The translations under genes and the position numbers were made by a program. Below are positions 38,735 to 50,462 of a stretch of 64,000 nucleotides of DNA, piece after piece. Position 1 is the stretch's first letter, and each line of letters begins with the position of its first letter. This DNA comes from Podarcis cretensis (taxonomy: Eukaryota): the NCBI GenBank assembly GCA_951804945.1, contig OX638150.1, positions 90,768,001 to 90,832,000 on the forward strand, in the 5' to 3' direction. A model generated the notes under the pieces. That model did no database searches. It saw only the letters and a program-made list of their open reading frames with translations, and had not been told where the DNA came from.

Positions 38735-40319
38735 TTTCAGCAACTTGTTCTCCAATGGCTGTGAGAAAAAAGAAATAACAAGCTTTGGCTCACAGTTTGT
38801 AAGGACTGAGTGGGGTGGCGGGAGCTTTCTGCATACCTGTCCTGTGTACGGCTAACTGAATGACAAGCTAGGTATTTTCACTATTTTATTTACATGAGCC
38901 TAATATAGTTGTGTTAAAACTGTTCAGCAAAGTTGTGCACGTCTTTAAATAAGCATTTGGCAGGCTCATTTTTACGTCCCCACTCCATCCCATAAAAGAT
39001 TAATATGCACAACATCCAGGATTGCACTGAGTGCTATAGAAGAAGATGCATTGATCTCACTGCTATTTGGAAAGAGCTGTGGTGTAACAGACATTGAGGA
39101 AATAGAAGCTTTGAGTGGGCTGAAGAATTGCTGCCATTTTGGAGTCAATCTCCATTCAGCATTCAGTTTTATGCCTTAGGCACAGCTTAAAAATAGGATG
39201 CTGATTTAGGAATTTAGAAAGATTTGTATTCTTTAAAGCAGTACTGATTATTGCAAAGAGAAACACATTTTAGCTTTCCCATTACTATTATTCCAGCACA
39301 GGAACAAATTGCTTTTTTAATGGCTCCAGTAGTCTTGACTCCAGTAGTCTTGTCTCTGATTTTGTCTATATACATGGGGAACGGACAGCTATAAAAGTCT
39401 ATGGTGCGTATTAATCAAGTCAAGTCGAAGAGCTTGTCCTGCTCTCAGGACTTTGCCATCACAGGGTCTAATGTAAATCCCAGAGAGAAGTATGAAGGCC
39501 TCCAATGCAATTTTACTAACTAGGTGTGACCCTCTAAAGCTGTCTGGGTGCAAGGCCACATGAGGACCCTTATATAAGCTGCTCTGAGATCTTTGTGGAA
39601 TAAGTAAAATCAGGAAGTGACATCACAGTTGAATTTCCCCCACTTCTTTGAGCTACCTTCCTTCTTGTTAATGCCTAGCTTTCCCTCTTCCCTCGCACTT
39701 CCTATTTATGGTACCACCTGAATTCAAGGAAGTTCCTTTTGTCATCCCTGTCTCCTCTAGCTTGACTTCAAGCCCTCGTTCTCCACCTACCCTTTTCCAT
39801 TAATTTCCTATTGCGTGGTCCACTGCCTATGCCATCTTCATTCATTCACCTTCGAGGGGTTGACACAACCTCTCTCCATGCGCTGTATAAAGCCGTGAAA
39901 GGAGCCCCATCAGCAGCCGTGCCCAACCCTGCACCTATCACCTCTCTGAGCAAACTGCACCAGAAAGAGTCTTGCCAACTTTGACCATGCTCCCTCCTTG
40001 CATGGAAGAGCTCCACGTATAAAGATCAGTTCTGTCAGAAAACCTGGCCAGGAACTGTGAGGCATGAGTTCCCTGAGCAGTCAAAATGTTCATGAATGAA
40101 GCCATTTTGTGCTAGTTCAGCCATCTGGTGTGAGGGGCTTAACAACTCCAAGAGCAATGTACCGATCAACATGTTGTTACTGCATGCCCCAATATCTAAC
40201 ACTGCCACCACTTCAAACCATTCAGATGTATAATGTTCAGCCACCAGCTACCCAAAAAGTGTCTCATGATTATTTTTTATATGACGAATATGATGTTTTC
40301 AGTGGGTTGACACACAGGA

Positions 40320-40600
40320 ATTTCTGGAACTGGCCCTGTAAGTAGGTGCAGAACTATCATATAACAGGGCCACCAAGTCATAGAGTGACACCAATAGTAT
40401 CAAAAGCCACTCGAGAGATCAAGAAGAATAAGCAATGTTGCACTCCCCCAGTCTTTCTCCTAATGAAAGTCATCACTTTGGGCAAACAATTGCCATTCCA
40501 GTACAAAAACAAACTCTAGAACCACTATGAAATAGGCCAAGATAATTTGCTTCATTCAACCACACTTGAAACTGACCAGCCACTACTTTTTAGCTAGTGA
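40320..40600 (-). mobile_element. Ancient L2 reverse transcriptase fragment
   Basis: Minus strand gives KVVAGQFQVWLNEANYLGLFHSGSR and ATLLILLDLS..FDTI, degenerate forms of the QSGFR and LLDLSAAFDT motifs. Confidence 0.75.
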
Positions 40601-41676
40601 TTATAAACATGGTTGGACTATCAAATGTATTTTTAAAATTTATTCCAGTTACATTAAGCTTCATACTCAGTGTTGCGCCAAAGGAACTAATGTCACTAGA
40701 AATCTATCTGAAAAGGATTGACCCACTTCCAGTAAAGATATTCCTGAAGGAAACTAGTGGTGGTGAATTTTCAAGCAATAAGATTGCAGTGTCAGATCAA
40801 AACCAAAGGAGCAGCTCTATGTTTTCCTAGAAGCAGGGTAAGAAGAAAAAGAAAGCTTGCCTCCATTTCAACTGAGCTTTCTTAATAACTCCAGAGAGAG
40901 ATATATTACTCTGAGGTGATAATTCTATTTGTTCTCCTGTGATTCTTTCTTATGCCCCAGGTAGCAAAATAGATGGTTAAGTACATCCTAAAGTATGCTC
41001 CTTTTTTAAAAAAAAAAGAAAAGTTGAGGTATATTCATTATGGGTCTCAGCCACAGAAAACAACAACAAAGAAATATCTACCCATTATGAAAGGTTTGCT
41101 TTATGTATAGATTGATATTAATACTTTACATTGTTTTCCACATAGAAGGCCTTCAAAGAAGCTTACAAAATAAAAAATCAAACTAAAATATAAATATAAA
41201 ACAATGCACATATAAAAATTAAACCAGAGCAGCAAAAAATAATAATCCAAACCACCCACAAAGAGGAAGAAATGTGTCAAAGAAACAAACTTCCAAGAGC
41301 CAACTAAGGCATGCCCATAACTTGACAGGCAAAATCTTCACTTTCTTGCCAGCAGGGCTGTGAGATAGTCTTGCTGATGCCTGTGAATGTGGAGGTCTGA
41401 GGAGGGGGGGGGTGTGTGTGTCTGTTGGAAGAACTAAATATGGGGATGAGGAGAATGCAATAAATTACTATAAGAGTAATCTGAAAGTTGGTCACTGAGG
41501 ACAAGAGATTGCATACTAAGCAGTTATATGGGGTGTTGGAGCTTCAACTAGATCCTTCTAAGCTGCCATTGCATTTGAGCTTTCATAGCCTCTGGAAGTT
41601 GTGCTTACTTTAACTGATCTTATTCTTGCTTAACCTTTTCTTTTTTCCCTACTTTGCTGCTTTGTTTGCTTATCAG

Positions 41677-41707
41677 AGGAAGAAGGAATGCTCGAACCAG
41701 AAACCAG
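41677..41707 (+). CDS. SRGAP3: SRGAP3 alternative exon 12b (31 nt): (R)GRRNARTRNQ, mutually exclusive with 12a
   Basis: Long pyrimidine tract, tatcag|A...CAG|gtattt. Same phases (2/0) as 12a. Product is 24 aa shorter, as recalled for the short human isoform. Confidence 0.88.
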
Positions 41708-42348
41708 GTATTTACTAGAAGAGGCCCCCCCCTTTCTGGGGGAAAAAACCATATATGTTTATATAATATGAGCATAATCTAAATTTAAGGGAAACAATTG
41801 TAATCCCTTGCCAAAAAATACGCTATACTCTTATAGTTCACATTAAGTTTTTAGTGATGGATACAAAAGACAAAACTCATGCAAGGATAACTTTTCCCCT
41901 TGCCTTCCTCTGTGATTCAGGCTAGCATTTCAAAAATGTTTGCCTCTAGGCAACAGTTCTTGGTTTGAAAACATTTGAATGGTACAACCAAGCAATAGCG
42001 CATTTTTACAGAAGGCCTGGCTCATAGCTACATTTCTGTAAAGTGATAGTTATGATCCAGCTGCATAATACCCCATACGTTGCTTCAGACTAAGTCAGAT
42101 TGATTCCAGGGACCAGCTTCTAATTTATGATTTTTCTCAAAGCTGACAGTATGTAGGATATGTGAAGTGCTGTTTCAGATACTTGCAGCGATTGTTATCT
42201 TAATTTATTGCTCTTATGATTAAACTAATGGTGCTCTTTTTCCAACCTGAGACTTTTTGTGCAATCTTTGCTAGAATGTGTTTTCTAAAACACTGACTTC
42301 ATCAAATCAGTATGTTCAATTTTTCTTTATTTGATTGTTATTTCAAAG

Positions 42349-42409
42349 GATTCAGGACAGGCTATTCCACTTGTGGTCGAAAGTTGCATTCGGTACATCA
42401 ACTTATATG
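42349..42409 (+). CDS. SRGAP3: SRGAP3 exon 13 (61 nt, RhoGAP): DSGQAIPLVVESCIRYINLY(G)
   Basis: tcaaag|GAT...ATG|gtaagt. Confidence 0.96.
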
Positions 42410-42825
42410 GTAAGTTCTTTTGGTAGCCTCCCCGCTGGCTATAGTTTTTCTAAGAAAGTCTCTCTGTTCAAGAACTTCTTCTGCCTGAAATGCAAACAGA
42501 TATGCCTGTTTCATTGCTTAATCATATGGGCCTGAGTCTTAATTCTTGTTATTTTCTATAGCATTGATTTAGCATCAACACAATAACTTTTTGTGTGTGA
42601 TAAATTCTTGGGTTGTATGTGCTCTTCCTGGCTTTTGTGGACCTCAGTCCAGACACTTGGGAAAGAAATCAACTGATGCCTTTCCATCTATTGCGGTGTA
42701 TCCAAGATCATGATAAGGTATCTGCATTGTTCTAGTGCAGGGTAGGTGATGTAAGGCCCATTAACCATATGCAGCTTATTCAAGGTTTTCTCTGTTGGGA
42801 AAAGTTCTCTTTCTCCCCCAAAAGC

Positions 42826-43425
42826 TGTCATGGACTGGCTGGATGCAGAGGAATGGTGCGAGGCACCAGCTGGGGAACCCCCAGGGGAAGAAGGCTCAGA
42901 GCCAGAGGATTCGTGGTGGGACGATGATGAGTGGTCAGAGGGAGAAGAGGGAGCAGACTGGGAGGAGGGTGTGTCGGAAGCTGAAGAGGTAACAGGACTT
43001 AGTGAGCAGGAAGAGGCTGTAGAGAGCAGGCCAGAAGCAGAAGCGGAGGCTGGAGAACAGAGGGGGCCAAGAGGCAGAGATGACACAGGCCGCTGCAGAA
43101 TCCAGGGAGTCTCCCCCTCCTGCTTCGACCAGCTCCCCTCCCTCCAGTCTCTCCTAACTCACAGGGAAGTGAAGAGAGTAGAGCAGAGACAGACAAGGCA
43201 TCGGAGTCTCAGATTACTTGGGAAGGACCAGGGGGGGAGGAGGCATAGAGAGCTATGGGAAGGCAGGGACCTTCAGTCATTGCAACTGCCTCATTGGGGC
43301 AAGATATACTGGGAAGAGTGGCTGTGCTCACTAGGCCTGAGCTGTTTTGTTTCTTTGAATAAAGAATTAATTTCACTGACACTTTGTGAGTTGTTGCTGA
43401 TCTGCTCTCAGCACCCGCCCTGACA
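42826..43425 (+). mobile_element. Solo LTR-like element (600 bp, probably Gypsy-type)
   Basis: TGTCA...TGACA termini, TATA-like at ~43304, AATAAA at 43358-43363. Flanks (aaagc / cccgc) do not form a clean TSD. Confidence 0.7.
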
Positions 43426-43770
43426 CCCGCCAAACACACCTGTCCAGACTCTAGCAGTGCATTCACTGGTTTGTAGGCTGGGTGTAAGCCTTGGTGGACT
43501 GTGGATAACATCTGAGCCTTCAGTTGCTTTCCCTAGTACTAGAGCATTTAGAAGTGAAAATCAGTCCTAATTTACATTTTTCTCAATTATATTTTTATTC
43601 TTTCAGCATTATTATTATTCTTATTTATTGAATTTATATACCGCATCATACCTGGAGCTCTCAGGGCGGTTTGCAGTGGAAAGAAATGACTGATATTCTA
43701 AATTGAAAGAAATGACTGATATTAAAAATACTGCAATAAGCCTTTCTTTTACCTCTTGTTTTATGTCCAG

Positions 43771-43848
43771 GTCTACAACAACAGGGTATTTTTAGAGTTC
43801 CTGGATCTCAGGTTGAAGTCAATGATATCAAGAACTCATTTGAGAGAG
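43771..43848 (+). CDS. SRGAP3: SRGAP3 exon 14 (78 nt): (G)LQQQGIFRVPGSQVEVNDIKNSFER(G); arginine-finger codon at 43794-43796
   Basis: gtccag|GT...GAG|gtatgt; intact GIFR RhoGAP motif. Confidence 0.96.
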
Positions 43849-44611
43849 GTATGTGAGAAGTCTGTGTTTCTCACAAAATGATGTGAAGCTGTTTTCCTTC
43901 CACCTTGTAGTGCAAATACACAAGCTCTAGCAAAGGGTGATGCAGTCAAGTATCTGTTGTATTCCATTTCCCACATAGCAGAATGCTGTAGCCCAGATTG
44001 CAACATGTGAATACTGTTTCACCTCTGGATCTTTCAAAGCCTAAGGCTGAGCTTTTACTGGCACAAGTTTTTTTAAGCGAAAGCCTCATAAGCTGTTTTC
44101 AGTGCCAGAATTCAGCCTAACCAAGAAGACACAAGTCTTGACCCTATGCAAAATGTCTTTTCTTCTTCTTGTGAAATGAGTGCTATTAAATGAGTGTTAT
44201 AAATATCTATTCCATTCTAGGCAAGTTTCTTTCAGAAATATAAAATACGACCAGATGTTAACATCCGCAAATGAAAGATAAATACTTCAGTGTGCGTTTT
44301 CCTGTCATATTTTATCCTATGGTACATATTTTTAATGCATGTTTGGAGCCAAATACTAAAGTCAGAGAAGTTTAAAATCTGATGGATAACTACACTCTAA
44401 TCCATGTATGTTTAGTTCAGAAGGTACAAATCAAGTCAGTTTGCTTAAAAATACAGACTGAACTAAGTTATCTTCCATCCCTGTATCTATAATATTTAAC
44501 TATGTTATAATCAAGTTATGATGAAATTCTGTTCACAGCAGTTTGTTGTCTATATTGTTTCATAAGGCCAAACTCTAAACTATTGGGCATATTACATGCT
44601 GAGCAGAGTTA

Positions 44612-45025
44612 CTGTATTTTTCTATGAATAAGACACCCCCATGTATAACAAGACCCTTATTTTTTTGGAACCCCAGATTAAGAAATCAGTATTTTAAACA
44701 TCAAACAGAACAATTTTGATATTTTATTTAAAAATTGAAAGCACTGGCACCAGCATGGTAACCCCCAATGGTGCCTGGGGTGGGGTGTGTGGACAGCAGT
44801 GGACCACCAGCACCTGAAAAGTTGTTGAGCTTTTATGGGGAGATCGCTCAAGCTGGTTACCTGGAAAGGACAGTGGCTACAATTTCTTCACGGCAGTCAT
44901 GGGAAGATAAGTAGTGTTGTTTTTTAAAACTCCTATGCATTCACCATAAGACACCCCCCCCCCCAATTTTTGAATAAATAAATAAATATAGCAAAAAGCA
45001 TTGTCTTATACATGGAAAAATTCAG
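44612..45025. mobile_element. Older Tigger/pogo-like non-autonomous element
   Basis: TIRs CTGTATTTTTCTATGAATAAGAC / GTCTTATACATGGAAAAATTCAG; TA flanks. Confidence 0.75.
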
Positions 45026-45118
45026 TACCTTCATGAATCATCCATAAAATAGGAAGGCTGAAAGAATATCAAATGGCAGTACTCACTGGCTTGAAATTTT
45101 CTCTATGACTCCACATTA

Positions 45119-45473
45119 CAGTGGTGCCTCGCAAGACGAAATTAATCCGTTCCGTGAGGCTCTTCATATAGCGGTTTTCTCGTCTTGCGAAGCAAGCCCA
45201 TTGACAGCTTAGCGGATTAGCGCTATTAGCGGTTTAGCGGCTTTTAGCGATCCGCTGTTAAGCGGCTTATCAGCGGATCAGCTGATAAGCGGCTTAGCGG
45301 TTTAGGAAAAGGGGAAAAAAGGGGGGGGAACCCGCAGGAACTCGCAAGACATTTTCGTCTTGTGAAGCAAGCCCATAGGGAAATTCATTTTGCGAAGCGC
45401 CTCCAAAACGGAAAACCCTTTCGTCTAGCGGGTTTTCCGTCTTGCGAGGCGTTCGTCTTGCGGGGCACCACTG
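45119..45473. mobile_element. Tc1/mariner MITE (CAGTGGTGCC subfamily) with internal TAGCGG repeats
   Basis: TIRs CAGTGGTGCCTCGCAAGACGAA / TTCGTCTTGCGGGGCACCACTG; TA TSD. Confidence 0.9.
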
Positions 45474-45658
45474 TATCCTGATGTCAGTAACCTCTGATGT
45501 GTTATAAGCTAGTGCCATGCCATTTAAAACAATACTGTATTGAATGACTGGATGAAAGAATTACTCTGATCTTTCCCTTTGCTTATTAAGTGCTCTGGAT
45601 TTTCTGCCTAATACAGAAGTAGAATTTAATAGTATAAACTTTTTATTTATTCATCCAG

Positions 45659-45793
45659 GTGAAGATCCCCTTGCTGACGATCAAAATGAACGTGACATTA
45701 ATTCTGTTGCTGGGGTCTTAAAGCTGTATTTCCGAGGACTGGAAAATCCACTCTTTCCTAAGGAAAGATTTCAAGACTTGATCTCTACTATAA
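45659..45793 (+). CDS. SRGAP3: SRGAP3 exon 15 (135 nt): (G)EDPLADDQNERDINSVAGVLKLYFRGLENPLFPKERFQDLISTI(K)
   Basis: atccag|GT...ATAA|gtaagt. Confidence 0.96.
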
Positions 45794-45874
45794 GTAAGTA
45801 CAAGTCAGTGATTTGTAATGAACCATGCCAGTGAACAGTGCAAGTCATGGTATCTGTTGTTCTCTCATTTACTT

Positions 45875-46005
45875 CTGTATCAGGAGGTTTTTAATGTTTG
45901 ATGTTTTACTGTGTTTTCATATGTGTTGGAAGCCACCCAAAGTGGGTGGGACAACCCAGCCAGATGGGTGGGGTATAAATAATAAAATTGTTATTGTTAT
46001 TAGTA
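45875..46005 (+). mobile_element. L2 3' tail, same family as 8618-8905
   Basis: ccagccagatgggtggggtataaataataaa is shared with the reverse complement of ~8632-8662. Confidence 0.8.
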
Positions 46006-46136
46006 TTAGAAAACCATGTTCTAGCAACAATAGTAGGTCCACTTTTTTTTCCTTTACATTCTGGTTGCTTTCTCTCCTAACTATTCTCTGCCCCTACTTT
46101 TCTACTACATTGCCAGGGAGTATCAAATGGAATCAG

Positions 46137-46140
<4 letters not shown>

Positions 46141-46181
<41 letters not shown>
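46141..46181. repeat. (CT)20 microsatellite
   Basis: Read directly. Confidence 0.97.
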
Positions 46182-46184
<3 letters not shown>

Positions 46185-47621
46185 TAGTAGGGAACTCAGA
46201 TGCTGAGTGCCAACAGTGCAAAAATGGGTCCTCTGAGAAATGAGAGTGGGGTATTAGCAGGCTTGGGGAAATGCCAAAGTTTTCAGAAATACAAAAAGGA
46301 AAACCCTTTAGAAAAAAACAGGAGAACAACTGCCCTTAAGAGCCCAGTTAGGAGGAGCATGCGCAGTAGCCATGGAGTGCCTGTTCAGGGGGAAGCAGAA
46401 GGTGTGTCTGTGTTAACGGAATATCCTGGAAGAGTGCATGACTGACTCATTGGAAGACTGGCCAGGAACACTCCACATTGGTTCAGGGTGCTGTGTGTGT
46501 GATAATTTCAGTGTAACAGATTTATGCGGTGTATTATATTCTGACACTGTTTTAATTGGAAGAGCGGATATTTCGTGTTTGAGAGCTGCTTCCACCCGAA
46601 CTCCCACCATCCGGTTTGAACAAAAAATGTAAAAGGTTGAGCAAAAAATAAATAAAAATACAGCTTATCATCTCATATGGCTGTGAAGGAAGAAAGGCTT
46701 GCAGAGTGCAGAGCAGCCACCTTTTCTCTGGAGCTTAAACTGCAGACTGCCGCACAACAGAAAGCTGATTTGATTTCCCTTGGCCGGTGCTAACTTAAGC
46801 TGAGAGACTTTTGGCAGCGTAGAACGTTGTGCATGTCACAGGGCATTTGCATGCCCTGAGAGTCTGCAGTGCCACATAATCCACTGTTTATTATGTGGTT
46901 GGGAGGGAAGACTCACTCTCGAAACAAACAGGAAGTTCCCTGTCACTTAGGCTGGAATGAAGACTGGAATTTGCATGAAACTCTGATGTGGAAAACAGCA
47001 GCAAATATGAATACAAATTCATGCAACCTAATGCCATGCAGTGCCCAGTCAAGATGGACCAATTAAAATTGCATACCAATGTTCAAGCTGCTTTTGAATA
47101 AGGGCTCTTTTATATTCATAAAGCCAGCTTGTGAATATTTTTTACATATCATTTATTTATTGTTAGCTGTTTTGATAACCATTACGTTCTACATGCAGTA
47201 TGGAAGAAGAGATTTAAATAAAATAAATCATAGCTTGACTTTTTCAAATTAATTTTTCAAATTAAAATTATTCTTTACTTTTCTTGAACCAATATTAATG
47301 CACAAAATGCCTTTTGTTAATGAATCCTAGGGCCTCCTGGGGAAAATATACAGTAGCTGAACAAGTATACTTACATTGTATACTTTAAAAGGAAAGGTTG
47401 CTGTTTGGCTCCATTGGGGGAAAAATCCACAGTTGGAAAATGTCTTTATTAGGACCAACCAATATGTCACAAAATCCCCCCCTTCCAGAAAAGTTTTTTA
47501 TTCTACAAATAACATAACCAAACAATATAAGAATAGGAAAGTAATGGGAACAAAAATAAAATTCAATAATTCACTTTAGAGCTGTTGATATACATCAGAA
47601 AGTCAAAAGAAAACAAAGATA

Positions 47622-47846
47622 CAGTGGTACCTCAGGTTAAGAATTTAATTCGTTCTGGAGGTCCGTTCTTAACCTGAAATTGTTCTTAACCTGAGACACC
47701 ACTATAGCTAATGGGGCCTCCCACTGCTGCTGTGCCGCCGCTGCACGATTTCTGTTCTCATCTGAAGCAAAGTTCTTAACCTGAGGTACTCTTTCTGGGT
47801 TAGCGGAGTCTGTAACCTGAAGCGTCTGTAACCCGAGGTACCACTG
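47622..47846 (+). mobile_element. Tc1/mariner MITE (CAGTGGTACC family)
   Basis: TIRs and TA TSD; highly similar to 10264-10494. Confidence 0.9.
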
Positions 47847-48193
47847 TATATTACAAGAAGGGTCAGAAATTGATTCTAAAATGGAATGCTCACAATTGGC
47901 CGTAGAGTTACTTTACAATCTCTAATGTGGGCAGAACATATTCAGATATGTTCACAACAAAAGCACTAAGTATCCTGAAGTGATTATTGGATTTTACTCC
48001 CATCCCTACTGAAAACACAAGCTTTGAGACTGTGCTGTTTCTGCCTCAGCCTCAAATTGCTAAAAAAGCTGGGCTGAACATTTGTCCCAGATCTAGTATA
48101 TACAAGTGGAACCTGCAACAAAAGGTTGCAGTGTGCAGTGCTATGCCTAAACACAGATGACTCCATTCTGTTACCTCCCTCTTTGGTTTTGAC

Positions 48194-48329
48194 CAGGCAT
48201 AAGCAAACTCGGCCCTCCAGATGTTTTGGGACTACAACTCCCATCATCCCTAGCTAACAGGACCACTTGTCAGGGATGATGGGAATTGTAGTCTCAAAAC
48301 ATCTGGAGGGCCGAGTTTGCCTATGCCTG
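48194..48329. mobile_element. hAT palindromic MITE
   Basis: About 57-bp inverted arms; perfect 8-bp TSD GTTTTGAC. Confidence 0.92.
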
Positions 48330-49082
48330 GTTTTGACCCTCCCCCCGGCAATTGACATGCCTTGCCCATTGCGCATACTTGGTCTCCACCAGATTGTGAT
48401 AGGGTTTGCCCCGTAGCTTTTTTTTTTTTGTACTTACCATACTTCTTCAAAAGGGTGTGCCCCAACCTCCTGATACTTCCCTCATGTATGGATGGTGTTT
48501 TAACTATATAAGGACAGGAACTTAGAGAATGACTTTACTATTGACACAAGAAATATGGCACTTCAGCAAGATGTAGCAACGAAGAATACTTCTATTCAGA
48601 GTCTCAATCCTTCCATTTTGCACACACCTGCATTAGTTCTCTATCCCCCCCCCCCCCCAATGATCAGTCAGTGCAACAAAATTGTTGCCTCAGGGAACTT
48701 GTTTCACAAAATGGTAGGAGGGGGAACACAAGGAAAATGAAAAAGTACAGAAGTCAGCTTGAGTGTTGTATCCACAAGTTCAGTTTGTAGTCTCACTTTT
48801 AAGACTGAGACTCTGATAGGTGCTGCAGAAACCTGGCTATACACCTAGGATTCTGTGATAGATTTTGTGATAGAGAAATAATAGTTGTTCCTCCCTTTTA
48901 AAAAACAACAACAACAACCAACCAAACCAAAACCAGGCTGTTTACCCAGATTTGTCCCATGACTTAAGCAAAACACACAGGTTCCTTGTTAGGCAGAGAA
49001 CAGAGCAACAGCACCAAAGCTAGAAATGAATTTTGCTTGCTGTGTTAGGTAAAAGTATCAATTGAAGCTCAAGCGTCTAGTA

Positions 49083-49250
49083 CAGTGGTACCTCTGGATA
49101 TGTACACCTCCGGTTGCGAATTCTTCAGGATGCGAATGCGGCAAACCCAGAAGTATTTTTCCAGGTTTCGCCGCATGCACATGAGGTGGAAACCTCATGA
49201 TCTGACCGGAGCTCCGGAACGGATCCTGTCCACAACCAGAGGTACCACTT
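49083..49250. mobile_element. Shortened Tc1/mariner MITE
   Basis: CAGTGGTACCTCTGG / CCAGAGGTACCACT termini. Confidence 0.8.
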
Positions 49251-49856
49251 TATTCCCTTGTTGCTGGAAATGATAGAACTGTCAAAACGCAAAGTCCATC
49301 TCCAGGCTGCAAAAAATTATTTCCCTCTACTTATAGATTCCACCCCAATACTCAATTTTGTCCTCTTTTGTTGGAAGTCCTCTGGAAAGTAAAGCCCACA
49401 GTTGTAGCTGGCCACTGTACTTGTAAATGAGTGAGCCCCACTGATGATAGTTGGGAGTTTTCCTGAAAAAAGCATTTGATAGACTCGTGACACCCAGTAT
49501 GTACTATTGAGGTATCCTCCCACACCTTTAAATCATTGTTCTGTTCTCCAGGGTAAGCATATACAAGCCCTCTTATCAGGCTTGTTATCAGATTGCGGTG
49601 CACTTTATATTGGTGGAGCCCCACTGCAGAAATGTCCCCCATCCCCCTTAAAGTTTAGGCCCTCAAATGTGAAAATCAAGTACCTGTCTCACAGATAGAG
49701 GCAGATGCAGGAAATAGCTGTTGAGGGCTAAAGTCAACTATCCCTGCTTGCGTCTGTAAGAGAAACATGAGCAACAAATCTCCTTGGAGTTGGTGTGCTA
49801 ATTGTGTGTGCCTGACTGTGAACCTCAATGGACTGCTGTACGTTCTTATGTTGCAG

Positions 49857-49962
49857 AAATTGAAAGCGTTGCAGAACGAGTGCACCAGATCCAGCAAATC
49901 GTTATTACCTTGCCACGGGCCGTCATCATTGTCATGAGATATCTCTTTGCTTTCCTCAACCA
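49857..49962 (+). CDS. SRGAP3: SRGAP3 exon 16 (106 nt): (K)IESVAERVHQIQQIVITLPRAVIIVMRYLFAFLN(H)
   Basis: ttgcag|AA...CCA|gtgagt. Confidence 0.95.
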
Positions 49963-50234
49963 GTGAGTCTTTTCACCTGCTGCTTACTATTTAAGGGAGC
50001 CGTAAATTCCCTTCCCTTGTAAACTGCCTTCCTTTTTGCTTCTCCTCCTCCTCCTCCTCCTCTCTCTTTCCTGTTCAAACCCAGTCCTTGGGCAGTAAGG
50101 GAGGGGTGCCACTTGACCCTTGATATCTGCGATGGCTGCCTTTCACCCATCTGGAGGAAATGCCTGTGGAGCTCCTGTTTGTGTTTAATAGTTGATGGCT
50201 TGGTGATGCCGCTGTGGGTTGCTTGTATTTGCAG

Positions 50235-50462
50235 CTTGTCACAGTACAGTGATGAGAACATGATGGATCCTTACAACCTGGCCATCTGCTTTGGACCAAC
50301 TTTGATGCATATTCCAGATGGGCAGGATCCAGTGTCCTGCCAGGCTCATGTCAACGAGGTCATCAAAACTATCATAATCAATCATGAAGCCATCTTCCCT
50401 AGCCTCAGGGAGCTGGAAGGACCCGTTTATGAAAAATGCATGACAGGTGGTGAAGAGTACTG
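50235..50462 (+). CDS. SRGAP3: SRGAP3 exon 17 (228 nt): (H)LSQYSDENMMDPYNLAICFGPTL...GGEEY(C)
   Basis: ttgcag|C...TG|gtaagg; RhoGAP NLAICFGPTL motif. Confidence 0.97.

Noticed and set aside
39323-39351. 15-bp tandem duplication, plus scattered poly(C)/poly(G) runs elsewhere
   Set aside because: Ordinary slippage products.
50113-50234. ORF-track extensions around exons (also 59489, 61208, 27968)
   Set aside because: Intronic read-through. Splice sites and homology define the real exon limits.
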